The position numbers and the translations under genes were made by a program. 64,000 nucleotides of DNA from Lama guanicoe (Eukaryota), in contig MU053184.1 in NCBI GenBank assembly GCA_013239625.1, positions 140,220 to 204,219 on the forward strand, in the 5' to 3' direction. Positions 26,873 through 40,460 of the stretch are shown here, one piece after another; the first letter of the stretch is position 1; each line of letters opens with the position of its first letter. Under the pieces are notes generated by a model. That model was given only the letters and a program-made list of their open reading frames with translations. It was not told the DNA's origin and searched no databases.

Positions 26873-27044
26873 CAGGGCTATCCAGCAGAACTTTCTGAGA
26901 TGGTACGAGAGCCTCATGGTACTATATCTGCTCTGTCCAGCAGAGGAGCCATTTGCGACATGTGGCTCTTGAGCACTTGAAATGTGGCTAATGTGAATTT
27001 GAATAGCCACATGGACCTAGTAGCTACCATAGTGGACAGAGCAG
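26873..27044. mobile_element. MER3 (hAT-Charlie) MITE
   Basis: 'gctatccagcagaactttctgagatgg...acatgtggctcttgagcacttgaaatgtggcta...tagccacatgg..tagtagctaccatagtggacagagcag'. Confidence 0.85.
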
Positions 27045-28449
27045 AGCTCTTGGCATCTCAAAGCATTCAGGTCGAGGAGAGGAGAAAATATCTCTTGCAA
27101 AAATAATTCTGAATCTAGACGAGAAGGAAGATGTCAGCCAGCAGCTCATGATCTTCTAAGACCCTTGGTCCACAGAAGCAGAAAGAAGCTTCAGGTGAGA
27201 CTGAATGGTCTTTTGATTTGAGAAAATACAGAGTCCATCAAAGAACAGTTGGACTTTCAATGTAGAAAGAAAGTACAGATGCTCGGGTGTAGAGACCTGA
27301 ATGTTCATTGTAATTGGAGAAAACAGATACATGGGACTCAAAACTACCTGTGACGGGCTGATTGTTCATCCTTGACCCATCATTTCTTAAATTCCCACTC
27401 ATACACGCATACCATCATTTCTTGCTTTTCGTTGTGGCTACACAAATGTCTCCTTTCGTAAGATATAGCAGGTAGAGTATTTGAGAGAGAGGTTTCCTTG
27501 CACTTTCACTACTTAGCCGTCTTCCCAGGATCCTCCTGATTTTACTGTCAAATTTGGAAAAGGAGCTAAGTGATCAGCCAGGCAGTTAAAATGATTGGTT
27601 TGATCATCTGGGAAGTGGGAGCTTGTAAAAGGCGTTTGTTTGAGCTCTCCACTTAATCTCGACAGCACCTTGCCATTGGACGCTCAATTTAATGTTAAAT
27701 TTAGGGGAGAAAATAGAAGAGGAGGGTTGTGGGTGTCATTTATCATCACTTCAAAGTCAGGGTCACCTCTGTCCTCACCTGCTGGGGTACTCCCCATCCC
27801 ATTCAGAGTCTTCAGTTTCCACTCACTTTACCCTGAAACTCCTTTCAGCAAAGCAACATCCCACCCTGCTTCACCCTAATCAGATTCCTTTTAAGTGAGA
27901 AAGATGGGGTCCATGATTACATCCTCAAAACTCCATCCATTTGGCACTGTGGCCGGGTTTCCAAACAGCCTACAGACTTCCTGTCAGTGAGCTCTGTGGC
28001 ATGGGTAGCACCCCAAGATGGCCTTATTTGCTTTCTGCGTTAAGCAGAAAAATTGGATTTAGAAAGCTTTTCCTAATCTGGATCTCTGCAATATATAATA
28101 AACTTCTTACATCTGTCACCATCAGCATTCTCCCTGCCGTCTTTACTTTTATGTTTCAAAGAGGAAAGACAGGGGTGCCCTTTCTTTCTGTTGCTATTCA
28201 AGCACTGTCTTGGGACAGCTAGCCCTGAAGATTAGGGGCATCTTCCTGGCTGGGATGATGGGGGACCGGAACAAATTTAGGATTGCCCTCTATACCAGCC
28301 ACATTCTGTCCTTATTAACTCTAAGGAGCAATTCTTGATCCTGGAAGCTTCTACGTGTCTTGAAACTTTTCAGATAATAAAATAAAAGTTAAGCCTAAAG
28401 CTCTTTGAACATCCTCTTTGTTGATAACATTGATTATATCCTGGAGATA

Positions 28450-28622
28450 ATGTTTTCAAAGTAGGGACTGAAGCCCAATTGCACCAGAATCATCTCCTGG
28501 ACTAGTTAAAATGCAGACTCCCAGACTCCCACCAGTCTCTACTGAATCAGAATCCCTGGGTGCAGGTCCCATCTGCATTGTAACACCTCCCTGGGTGATG
28601 TCTATGCTATTTGAGAGCCAGT
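28450..28622. mobile_element. MER5A/B (hAT-Charlie)
   Basis: 'ttaaaatgcagactcccag...tactgaatcagaatccctggg...ctgcattgtaacacctccctgggtgat'. Confidence 0.85.
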
Positions 28623-28699
28623 ATGAAAGAAGTAATGCTATTAAACAGTTCATTCAGTGGTCACTCTTAGAGGATGGGGAATCAGACAGCAGTGTTTTC

Positions 28700-28935
28700 A
28701 TCAGCAGAACAGTGACCCAGTGGAGAGTCAGGTATGAAGTATAGGAACCATGGAGGCACCGTCTTAAATCTTGTGACATTATTTGCTTGCTGTGGGACAA
28801 TAAGGAGTAAAGTTAGCCTCTCTGACTTGGTTTCTTTGTTTGCAAAGAATAGTAATGCTTACTTCACAGGCTTGATGAGTATGAATATAAATCATCTGGC
28901 ACATAGTAAGCCCTTGGTAAACATCTACTACTGTA
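28700..28935 (+). mobile_element. MIR SINE
   Basis: Core plus tail 'ctggcacatagtaagcccttggtaaa'. Confidence 0.7.
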
Positions 28936-30099
28936 ATTCCTCAGTGGATGCTAAGTTTTTAAAAATAGTTTTGTATGAAACAACTTTATTTTATGAAGCA
29001 ATCATTTATTTATCCATCAAAGACATGTACGCCTTCCAATTAAGTGTTCTGATGAGCTTGAGTTCTCCCACTGATGTCATTCTTGCCAGTTGTCAAGGAG
29101 CTTGGTGTCTCAGACTAAATTACCTTTTTCTTTTCTTTTCTTTTCTTTTTTGGAAATCTTCAAGTACTCCTGTATCCCCATGACTTGTCAGTTCCTGCTG
29201 GTACCTAAAACTCTGGTTGGCAGCTGCAAAACTTTAGGCCAATGTTTAGCTCACACTGGCCAACTGTCTCCCATATCCCATAATCGGGAGGACGATTCAA
29301 GAGGATTTAATTCTGGAGCCCATGGTTCCAACACCAGGCTCCCTCTCTGTTAGAGTTGTCCAGTGAGCATTACTCATCCTTTTTCCCCGAAACACTTTCT
29401 GGTGATTTGGGGGCTTATTTTTCCCTTCAGAAATGTCTGTCCTCATCCTTAACAGGTTAATGCTTGGCGTTAGGTTCACCTGCGTGGATGGAGTGCCTGG
29501 GGGGTCTGGCCCCTACATTATGGAGACGGCTGGACCAGCAGGGGGCATTTCCAGGTGGGTGCCCTGTGGTCCAGGCTCTCTCAGAGGTGCCTGAGAAAGT
29601 GAGGTGTCCTGACTGATAAGATTTGCACTCCACAGCCCTCTTCAACCACAGCAGCTCTGCATGGAATCCATTTCATATTTGAGTATCCAAGTATTTGTTT
29701 GAGAAAAGAGTGTCATTGTAAACACTGAACAACATCCTTTGAAAATTACTGATGTAGTCCAACATATTAAATCTTGAATTATGGCTGAGCAAACCTGTTC
29801 CATCAGGGAAATTAAATGCCTAAACTAAGGACCGATAGTTAAATCAATTTCAACGAACATGTAGTATGTGCTTACTAGGCAGCTGGGTAAGGATAGGGGG
29901 ACCAAGAAACATGGTCTCTGACCTCAGAGGCTGCAAAATCTAGGAAGGGAGCGCAAGAAAGGTATATAATTAACAATAATGCATGCAAATGTGCAAAAAT
30001 AAAAATGTAATGGGAACCCAGTGGTAGATAAAAATGCCAGGTAACGTGACATGCTAACTCTAGGTTAGGCCCTATGCTTGATTCTGGCTGTCTATCTAT

Positions 30100-30940
30100 T
30101 TATCTTTGTGAAATAGGCTCAGTTCCTCCAGTTTCCAGAGAAGGAAACCAAGATTTAGAGATTTACAGAGGTGTATCTCGCCCAAGTTCACATAATCAGT
30201 AGGTGGCAGAAGTTGGGATTCCAACAGAGGTGGTCTGACTGCAGAGCTCACATCCTTATCCACAGGGAAATCTAAAAACAATTCAACAGGAGGTAGTTTT
30301 TGAACTGGGCTCAAAAGGAGAAGGAGTTTTTAAATGGGTGGTGGAAGAGGATCATGGATGGGGAAAGCTTTCCAAGCAGAGTGGCCAGGACAGATGTAGT
30401 TCTGGAAGCCTGTTAAAACGGTGGCAATGCAATGTGGCCACATTTTGAAAATCCTTTGTAATTGCTTGGTAACTACTGGGCAATGGTTTAATGGGAGGTG
30501 GCATGGCCTGTTGCTTATGAGGGTTGACTTGGTCACCTGCCACTTCCCAGCTGACACCAGGCAAGTTACTTAATCTCCCTGTGCCTCAACTCTAAAATGG
30601 GAGCATAACTACCTTACAATATTATGAGGATTAAAAGGGGGTAATATACACGGGGCACTTAGCATAGTATTTTTCACATGGTAAAGATTCAATAAATGGT
30701 AGCAAATTATTTTTATTAACTGCCTTTTATTGACTTATAGCTAGTAAGACAAGCTAATATTTTAGAGCACTCTTGTGTGTCAGCATAGCACCAAACACTG
30801 CACGTGCATTATTTTAATCTTTATAACAGCAGCTCTGTGAGGTAGGAACTATTATCTCCCTAGTTTACAAATGATGAAACTGAGGATTCCAGTGCTGATT
30901 TCAGTGTCTGATTCCAGAGCTCTTAACCGCTATGTTTCAC
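30100..30940. mobile_element. Three MIR copies (~30100-30260 minus, ~30530-30720 plus, ~30750-30940 minus)
   Basis: 'ggcaagttacttaatctccctgtgcctcaa', 'tttacaaatgatgaaactgagg', 'cccaagttcacataatcagtaggtggcaga'. Confidence 0.75.
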
Positions 30941-31221
30941 TGTCTCCCGTTACACTGCACTACTTGGAAGTTTCATCAAGATTTGATGGAGGCAGGAGGT
31001 TGACACCATGGTTCACTGGCAAGAGAGGTATTTGGAATAAGTGGGCTTTTTAGCAACCTCTTCAAATTATATGAAGGAAATGAGAGCCAAATCCTCGGAT
31101 TCTATACCTCTTCAAGGGCCTATAACCTCTTGCTTAAGATCTGTGGCTTTACTTTATGCATACTCTTTTACCAGCCATTCCATAAACATATTTATTTTTT
31201 CCACAACTTTGTGAACGGCTA

Positions 31222-31700
31222 TATAAATTAGCTTTTGCTGTGTAACAAACTACCCCAGTATTTAGTGACTGAAAACCATAATTATTTATTTAGCTCACGG
31301 TTCTGTGGGTTGGCAGTTGGGCTTGGCTTAGCTAGGTGATTCTTCTTTTGGTCTTGACTGGGCTGACTCTTGTGTTTGAAGCCAGCTGCCAGATCTTCTG
31401 GGGCTAGTTGGTCTGATACGTTGTTCAGCCGGGATGACTCATTGCCACTCCTTCAGTCTCTCATTTCCTAGGATTCTAGCCTAGACTTGTTCTTACGGTG
31501 GCGGAAGAATTCCAAGAATTCCAAGAAAGAGGACAAACTCTAATGTGCAAGCACTTTTTAAGTCTTTGCATTTTTCACGTTTGCTATTTGTCTCAGTGGT
31601 CAAAGTAAGTCACGTGGAGTCCAAGCCCAGAGTCAGCGAGGGAGGAGAGAGGGCACATGAGAAAATTGGAGTGCATGACTGCAATAATTTATCAGCTAGG
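31222..31700 (-). mobile_element. MLT1 (H/J-like) LTR
   Basis: 'ttagcttttgctgtgtaacaaactacccc..tttatttagctcacggttctgtgggttggcagttggg...caaagtaagtcacgtggagtccaagcccagagtcag'. Confidence 0.8.
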
Positions 31701-33099
31701 CTAAGCAGATTCAGCCACATGCCAGTATAGACTTGGAAGGATCCTGGAGGAGGGCATCTCTTGTAGAGAGGTGCTAGGTATCCAGTTTACTTGGGAGCAG
31801 TTAGATATCCTCTTGGTGTGACTGTGATACCACATAGTACCAGAAGGGGCCATGACACATCAGGGAAGACACACTCCAAAGTTGTCCCCTTTGCATCCTG
31901 TATGCATAGTCCTTGAATCTGAAGGAGGTGCTTGTCAGAGATAGCATCTAATAGCTGGTGAGGGCTGAGCTATGGAATGACTGGTTTATTTTTATCTTTT
32001 ACCATTGCTGTGCCCCCAGGCTGGCATGGCCCGGAGAAATAGCTGTTACATCCATTAGAGTTTATGCAGCCCTTAAGATTACCTTGGCAAAGGCACCGGC
32101 AGCCCTCTCTAATCACTATCACTCCAAAGGGCCACTGAGTTGATCTTGCTTATGCTTGAAATCAGATCATGCTGGTATCATCACACAGACTCTCTGGGGT
32201 AATAATCTTTAGGCTTGAACATTCAATTTAGTTGCCATACCAATGGTTTTTGCAGTTTAATTTTTGCTCAACTTTCATGAAGAAAGAAAATGCTGTAAGG
32301 TATCTGAGGCTCTTGGTCTCTGGTATCAAGTTAGACACACATAATGTTTATAGCCCATTACTCAACCGGTCATCCCGGGAAACTGTAATACAGTCTGGTG
32401 AAAATAATTTTTTTAAGTGCTTTTTTTCCTCTCCTATAATTTTAATATGAAAGATGATATAAGAATAAAAATCCACCAAAACAAGGAAAATTCCTTATCT
32501 CATTATAAGTATCTTAAGAAATAGTATGGTCATACTTTCTTACCCTGAAACTTGAGGCTCAGAGAAAAAGATTCCAAGGGAATGAGATGATTCTGCCTGT
32601 CAGGGCTTAGCCTTGCTTACCACTGCTGCTGCCGTGTGGGATCAAGTTCTGGATCTTGGCCTCCCGTGACTTCAGTTTTGATTCCACTGGCCTCGTGTGG
32701 AGAGGCCTCTTTCGTGTGTGTGGTTTTCTTATAGTTTCCACAGATGCTTTTAACTGAGGGTTTGAGGATTCCAGGATTCAGTTCCCTAGGGACATTTTGT
32801 TGACATTAGACACTCAGCTTAGTTCATTCCGAGAAGAATTTGTGGCGCTCCTTCTGTGCCAGGGCCTGGGCCTGGCTGTGTATATACACACCCATGACCT
32901 CTGGGAACTTAGAATCCGGTGAAGTTTGGTGAAAGAGGCAGGCCTCTGGGCTCAAAGAATATCATATGATAAAGAAACCAAAAAGAAGTACCTAGAAGAG
33001 AGGGATTGGTTTTTGTGTATTGGGGTTGGCCGCTGACGCTGAAGGGATGTTTTGGAAGATGAACACAAAAGGACATTCCACCTGCTTTGTTGAAAACCG

Positions 33100-34020
33100 A
33101 GGACTAAAAAGCTTGAATGGACCACTGCGTCTTGAGAGATGGTGGGCTAGTTTGTAAACTACCTAAATCTGCTTGGCAAACTATCTCAACTATCTAAAAA
33201 TTCTGAGCAAAATGAATATGTCATAATTTTTAAATAAAAGGATGAGCATACTGGAGGGCAGGAAATTCTCTAAAGTTAAGAATGGAACAGGAGGAGGAGA
33301 CCACAGAGGTAAGTGAGGGATGAGGTTGCTGCCTGCTTGATTGTCAACCGCTGATAAATTCCAGGCGACCTGGATCTCTGGCTGCCCTAGCTGTGTTTTT
33401 GTGTAAGGGAGGCAGGCACAAAGGCCTGTATGGCAGGGAGGCCACTTGGGGGCTCCTAAGTAGAGCTGGGACCCATGAAAAGCAACACCCTCAGAGAAGA
33501 GGTGAAATAGAAAAAAATGTCCATTTCATGGAGGCAGGCAGCAAAAAACCTTGACTGGTTCAGACTGGCTGTTGATGGATGGAGAATGTAGCAATGCATC
33601 AGCTTTTACCTGAATTTGGGGTCTGAATTTACAATATTTGTGTGGCCTGAATAACCACAAACTGAGAATTTCAATTTAAAGCTGACCTGGCAAGCATGAA
33701 CACAAATCTCTGGAGGAATCCACACTGAGTCCATACTATGAAAAATTCCCATAGGCTGAGTCCCAGTGAACATGAACACATAAGCAGAAATCACAAAACA
33801 TACAAGGAAACAAAGCATCATGAGTGAGAGTCAACAGAGACAGCCAGTAATAGCAATGACCTCATATATTTAACATGTTTAAGAAACAAAAGAGGAAAAT
33901 AAAAATATGAATGAGGAGCAAGAGACTATCAAAAATGACCTGACATGAGATATTTGGAAAAGTTCTAAACAGAATGTCTGGAAATTAAAAAAATCATAAT
34001 TAAAATTTAAAATTCAATGA
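33100..34020 (+). mobile_element. Old L1 5'/ORF1-region fragment
   Basis: 'ctgaatttggggtctgaatttaca', 'aaaatcacaaaacatacaaggaaacaaagcatcatgagtgagagtcaacagaga'. Confidence 0.55.
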
Positions 34021-34039
34021 AATAATAGTCCTACAGTAA

Positions 34040-34450
34040 AAAATGGAGAAATCCATCAACAGCAGAAGGGACAAGTAAACTGCAGCATATTCATCCAACG
34101 GGATGTTACCGCTCAATGGAAAAGAACAAACCACTGCTAATACCAGAACGTGGATAAACCTCGTGGTATTCCAGTGAAGCAAAAAGAAGCCGGAGCACAC
34201 ATGCTGTGTGATTCCATGTATAGGGAGTTCAAACCCAGACAAAGCTTATCCATGACCGCTGTGGTCAGAGTAGTTACTGATTTATGTGAGAGGGTGTGGA
34301 TGCAGAACGAACATGAGGGAGCACTCTGGGGTGCTGGCAATGTTCTAGATCTTGATATAGGTGGTGCGTACATTGAGTGTGCACACCTGTCAAAGGTCAT
34401 CAGGCTGTACACTTAAGATGTGTGCTTTTACTGTGAAATGTGAGTTATAC
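34040..34450 (+). mobile_element. Old L1 (L1MC/L1ME-like) 3' end
   Basis: 'atgctgtgtgattccatgtatagggagttcaaa...ctggggtgctggcaatgttctagatcttgat...ctgtacacttaagatgtgtgc'. Confidence 0.85.
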
Positions 34451-34519
34451 ACACACGCACACATATTTGTGGGGGGAAGAAAATTAGGTAATATGTCTAT
34501 GATATATATATGTAAAGAT

Positions 34520-35160
34520 ATATCAAATAGTTCCTATTTTGTGTATATACCTTGATATTTATCATTTCCTTTGCTCCTCACTCCTTGCCCATCCTTCCAT
34601 ATTCATTTTTCTTTTTTCAGGAGTACATCATTTAGAAAACCCCAAAGTGAGGGTCTGTCTGTTGGTACTAAAATCTTGTCTTTCCCAATTTTGCTTTGTT
34701 CCCTTGATTTTTAAAAATTATTCTTTGGCCCTCATTCCCTCCGTTTATAATTGAGAATTACTTACTTTTCAAGACATTGGTGGTATCATCCCTTCCGCTG
34801 CTGACTTGCAACACCACTGACTTGCTCAGTCTAATTGATCGTTCTGTGTGGACAATCTGTATTTTCATCCTGGTCCTCCTCTTTGTCTTTGGCCTGCAGT
34901 TTTACCGTGATGTGTTTAGGTGTGGATTTCTTTTATTTATCCTGCATGGAGCTCATTAGACATTCTGAACCAAAGGATTCGTATCTCTCTTAGAGATTGT
35001 CCATTCATTGTATCTCCTAGAGCTCTGCACAGACCTCACTCTGGCCTCCAGGTCTCTTAGTGTCTGTCATTTTTGAGTCTTTGCCTCTGTGCTGAATTTT
35101 GTATATTTTTCTTAAGTTCCAGTTCACTTATTTTCTCTTTGGTGTATCTAATCTGGTCTT
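34520..35160 (-). mobile_element. Old L1 ORF1-region fragment
   Basis: 'ctgcagttttaccgtgatgtgtttaggtgtggatttcttttatttatcctgcatgg'. Confidence 0.7.
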
Positions 35161-37429
35161 GTGGGGTGGTCAAAGGACCTGTAAAGTGGGGCCACTGAGG
35201 ATTTTATTCTTTTAAATTGAGGTATAATTCACATTTCACACACACATATGTCAATAAAAGGAAGAACCAGAGTGTTGTGCAGGGTGGATTTTTTACGCAA
35301 AACACATAGCATACTGACTAAAGGCTAAAGCACGCTGTTCTAATGTCATTTACATCATGACTTGGGAGTTTTGTTAGATTTCGTGGAATTCCTAGAATTG
35401 CCACTGAACCACTGACCTGGTTGGATGGATCAGTTCTGCCATATCTGGTCACTGTCAGTGTTCCCCTCCATGATAATTGTTGAAAATAGCAACCCGACAA
35501 TAAGATTAAAAACAGATTTTATTCTTATAAGGCAAGTAAAGCCTGGAGATTAATTAAGAACAGATCTTCATTTACATAATTAGGAAATTATTTGCAACAT
35601 TGGTCCTAATAATCTTGGATTTGTTTGACAAATGTGATGATTTGTTTTGGGATAAATACGTATCCTTTGTAAATACGTTTGGTATTGATGGAGGGAAGGA
35701 CCTTTAGGGAGCAAAGACACTACCCACCTGCCCTTTGGAGTGCTGAACGCTGAACTCAGGGGGCATCCTTCTCAGTCCCTGGTAGGTGAGTACAGCGCCC
35801 CGCAGAGGGAGGTCTGCGCTTGCTGGCAGCCTCAGCTGATAATTCACGAATCCATTTTCTTGGCATTCTGCTGTCACTGTTGTAATGACAGACTGCTGGC
35901 TTTAAACCTTGACCTTAATTTTCTCGTTCTTTCCAGACGCCACCGATCCCTTCCATCTCACACATTCCTTTAGTGGCCTTTAATTCCTTAGTGAATATTT
36001 TAACCTAAATAAAAAGTTCATCCTTTCCACCTTCAAGAGGCAGCTTAGATCTCACCTGCCCTGTAAATTCTGCCCTGAATTCCCTGGCAGGATTAACCAT
36101 ACCCTCCTCCCTGCCTCCCTCCTACTCACATCCCCCTAGGGCGGTTATTGTTTGTAAATAGGGAACTCTGGGAATGGCAGAAAACTGTGAGCTTTCTGTT
36201 TCTGCATCCCTGGTGATGGGGCAGACTGTTATACTGACACGGAATTATTTTCATTTGAACAGAAATGGGGTTTGTGTGAAACTGTACCTGGTGACAACGA
36301 CATGAAACATCATGCTTCTTTATGTCTCAGGGAGCAGTTCCACTGACCTCGTCTTGTTGCATCTGCCTTCATTAGTTCGTTAGAGCAAATATGAACCCTC
36401 GATCGGTAGATAAAAAGCGCAAGATGAGAAAGTTTAAATGGCTCACACAAAGTCCCGCAGTTCGGGCAGAGGGTGAGCCAACAGAGAGGATGGCGGACGG
36501 GAAATAATAAGGAATAAGGTTTCTCTACTCCTCAGAGAAATCACTTCATTAATTTTCTGTCCATTTAAATCCAGCTCCGCCTTCTCTGGTCCTTTTCTTT
36601 ACAGGATCAGAGAAGCAGCCTTTTGATGGAAGGAAGATATACCACAGAGATGCTGAATGTGTGCTGACCCTCACATGGGGACCATTTTCCTGCAGAAGCA
36701 GCAATAATCATAATCATAATGCTTGCTTGAACTTGGCACTTTTCTTCTCTTCAGCATAGTCTGAAATTACCCGCTGGTGCCTTCGGCGTGGCCGTGAGGC
36801 TGCTGAACAGAGCAAGGCTGGGGGCAGCCAAGTGTGTTATTGTGGAGAAATTCTCGAAACTCCCAGGGCTGTGAATGATGGCTTTGGTGAATAAGCCGAC
36901 CTGGGCAGTTCAATAGGTGGGGTGGTCAGGAGGAAGCTGTGACACTGTTTCTCTAGAAGGAGTGGGCCGGAGACCTCGCAGGGGCTGTGTTGTGTTCAGG
37001 ACACTGGCAGAAAGGCCCAGAAGAAGACCACGCCAACCCTTTAGACTTAAGCACACAAAATCCTACTTCTCAGGGGCCCAGGAATGTCAGGAAATCGCGT
37101 TTCACGGGGGGTTGGAAGCATGATCAAAAGGAGTAATAACTCTTTGCCTTTTGTCTCCAGAAACAATGTCACACACAAATACGAGGATTCTCAGGTGTCA
37201 GTTTTCTCAGGTGTGGATGTAACCCATTTCTGCAGCGATCTTGGTCATGGAATCATGCAGTGTTTCTCCTTCGCAAAAAAGCAAACAAACAAACAAACCA
37301 ACAAACCCCCCAGAAATTGTGAGAATTTCAGAGTCTAGAAGGGAGCTTTTCTTCAATATATTTCTTCTGGCAATGGATAGGACAGATTCCCATAGCACAG
37401 ACCTTCCTGACTTCAACCAGGCACAGTTT

Positions 37430-37538
37430 TCTTTTCTTTTTTTCCCTTCTCTTCTGGGTTTGTGGAACTATAATTGACACATAACATTGTGTAGGTTTAA
37501 GGTGTATAATGTGTTGATTTGATGTACTTATGTATTGA
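37430..37538 (-). mobile_element. Short L1 3' tail
   Basis: 'tataattgacacataacattgtgtaggtttaaggtgtataatgtgttgatttgat'. Confidence 0.8.
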
Positions 37539-38334
37539 ATTAGGTGCCATTTTCAACCTGTGGCCTTTGAGCTGATGGGCAGAACATGCCCATAGGAATC
37601 CCCAGGGCACAAGTGACATCCTTGTGTTGATCGCAGGCTCTCCTTCGTAATGTCAGCCAGCAGGAGGGTGGTGCCACCTGGGCAGGAACGTGGGCTGAAG
37701 ACAGCTCTGGAGGTCCCAGGGAAAGGCAGAGCACTTCTGGAGGACAGGGAGCAGGCGTTACCCCTCCTGGTACCCCCCCAGGATGAACAGGGGCAATGCC
37801 TATTGTTACTGCTCTGAAAGAGCTGACTCCATCTGCTGAAGGAGGGCCGTCTCTGGGGTCAGGCAGGGTTCAGGGTGCGGGAGCTCTCTGAAGTCAGGCT
37901 GTCTGGAATATGGTGTCTGGAAGGACAGGAGCCAAAGGAGTGGCGGAGACCTGGTGTGGGATTAAGTGAACCCAGCCCCAGGATTAGGTGAACTTGTTAG
38001 CAGCGCTGGCTGCTCTTCCATCTCTGCCCCCAGGAGATGTTTCATCCCCTTAAATTCAAATGGAAGTGGAAAGTGAGGGCCGCCCACCCATGGGCCTGGG
38101 AAACGCGGGGCTTAGGGTGGGGGCTCAGTGCTAGTGTTCTATGCCCTTCTCTCCTCCCGAAGACCACATCTTCTTATTCCCTCAGACACAGTGTGCTAAG
38201 AAAGCCAAAGAAGGGAATTAACGTGAAAAAGAGAATTGGAAGTACTCTGCTGGGTTCTTTATAGACACGATCCATAAAAAACTTAACAACAGAATCCATT
38301 TTCTTATTTCCAGATACGCAAACGGAGGCTGATA

Positions 38335-38579
38335 CGAAGTCATCCAATCTGGGACACTTTTAAGAGTAAAGGGGGGTGCAAAAAGTCCTTCCAGTTACAC
38401 ACATGCATGTATTTTGCTAACCTATTTATTATCTGAGAAACTTGTTTTCTTATATTTTCAGACTTATGAAATAGTTCTACTGAAAAGCCCTTATTAAGAA
38501 TAAAATTCTTTCTTAAAAAAAAAATCAACAGACAGAAACCAGGACTGTCTCTGGCAAGTGGAGTTGTGTGGTTACCCTA
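38335..38579. mobile_element. MER81 (hAT-Blackjack), interrupted by a ~145-bp insert
   Basis: Left half 'catccaatctgggacacttttaagagtaaaggggggtgc'; right half 'aacagacagaaaccaggactgtctctggcaa..tgtggttacccta'. Confidence 0.7.
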
Positions 38580-40249
38580 ATACTGAGTTTTCCAAGGACA
38601 CACAGCTAGTAAGTGTGTCAGGCTTCAGAGCTGATCTCTTCCCAGGATTTCATGCTGGTTAATTGCGGGGGCGAAGTTTGCCGGAGATCCACTCGGTGTT
38701 CCAGAAGTTTGCTTTCAGACTCAGGCCTGCCCCTTTCCACTTGGAAGTTGGATTTGTCTGTCAGGCCATTTCTTCCCACCTCAGCTCTTCCAATATGGCT
38801 CCCCTGTTGCTGTATTTGCCAAGTCTCCTCACTGCTGGCACTCCCTGACAGCCGTGTGTCCCTTGGCCTGATTGCAGCCCTCCCCCTACCGTGACTGCTG
38901 GCACTCGGGTGTTATTAGGCCCCAGCTGTCTCCTCCTCCGCTTCTTGACCCTTCACTGCTCCCCTGGGCCCGGGCTGCTGGGTCTGTCTGCCTTGACCAC
39001 TGGCCTTCAAGCTCAGGTCTGGGCCCCTGGCGATGGCTCCCTCCCAGCACTGCTTTGCCTGCCTCTGCCCAACCTGGTCGGTAAATTCATCCCTGGCTGT
39101 GGTCCCTGCACCCCGCCTCCACACCCACATTCACAACTCGACAGTCGGCGAGATTTAATCAACTAGTTCATTGAGCAATCCAGGTGTATACCCACCTGAT
39201 TTGAAGTGATTTGGCTTAATGAAGATGATCACGTGACCCAGGTTTTCTGGGGCAGCCCTAATTTTAAATATTATGTCTCTTTGTCCTCCCAAAAACTGAA
39301 TACTGAAAATGCCACTATTTTGGCACATAAGCACCATCTTCTAGATTGCCTCAGGCAACCAGGGGAAAAAAAAAGGCGTACATCCCTAGTCAGACAATGT
39401 GCCCTACCTTTGGTTCAGGACACATAGGTCTCTGTTAAATCTTTATTTTTGTCAGCGTGGGTGAGCCTAAGAGAAAACAGCTTTTTTGTTTGTTTTTAAA
39501 AATCTCATCAGTATTGGTGTCCTGTTGGTGCCTCTGCTTTCTGTAAAAAGCACTTTATTGTCTTCATTGAATGGCCAGCATGTTTCTTGCTGAGGAGTGG
39601 CAGTTTCTGTGGTCTTTGTATCTCTAGTCAGCACCTAATACCATTTGTTGTGACAACCTAAGTGAAGTAGACACCTTCCCAGTGAGATCTGGAGGGTGTA
39701 TCTTCGGTGTTCTGTTCTGTCTTCTAAGCTCCCAGGGAAATCACATTCCTCGCAAATGTCCTTGGCTTTGGCTCCTCAGCTGCAAATGCCTGCCCCCGCC
39801 CGCCCTGGAGGGGAGCTGGGTGAGACCATGCAGAGACCTCAGGACCTCGGAGCACCCCAGCCCTAGGCTCCCCAGCCCCGCCCCAGCTGCATCCTGGTCT
39901 AGTTTGGCCCTCCAAGAAGACATTGCTTCTCCCGCAGGTGGCCTCCCAGGCCTGGTTCCAACCACTGAGGAAAGAAAATCTCCCCAGAAGGAAGGATATT
40001 TTGAGGGGGCACAGCTGCCAGAATGGGGAGGCTTGGCAGAGAGAAGTAGTCCCTGCAGTGGGTTCTGAGGACCACTGGTTCCCTGAGATGCTCCCCAAAG
40101 GGCTCTGTGGCCAACAGGCTTTACAGTGGCTCAGGGCAGCCACTGGCTTATGAAGTCTCTGAGAAGTTCTGTATTACAGTCACCAGCTTCTCCTCAGTAT
40201 ATTTGAACACAGCACCCCTCTCTCATCTAACAACCTTTCATATCTTAAA

Positions 40250-40460
40250 GAGTTGGGGTAGAGTCAGAAGGCCTTGCCTGAGTTCAAGTTCAAAATCCTC
40301 ACATTCACCTATGTCTCCTGGGATAAGTTACTTAGCCTTGGTTTCCTCAACAGGAAAATGAAGATACTGACAAATGACCCCGCTCAGGATTGTCGTGAGA
40401 GTTAAGAGGTGTTGGGTAGGAAAGCACTTGGCATACCTGTAAGATGTTTATGAAAGAAAC
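40250..40460 (+). mobile_element. MIR SINE
   Basis: 'ctgggataagttacttagccttggtttcctcaacaggaaaatgaagata..ctcaggattgtcgtgagagttaa'. Confidence 0.8.

Noticed and set aside
28734..29183. 149-aa ORF
   Set aside because: Begins inside a MIR and ends in low-complexity T-rich sequence.
36580..36760. Strong acceptor-like tract 'ccttttctttacag'
   Set aside because: No matching donor nearby and no recognisable peptide.
39682..40361. Several overlapping ORFs in GC-richer sequence
   Set aside because: Stop codons are scarce on both strands because of base composition. CpG-poor, with no protein similarity or convincing splice pair.
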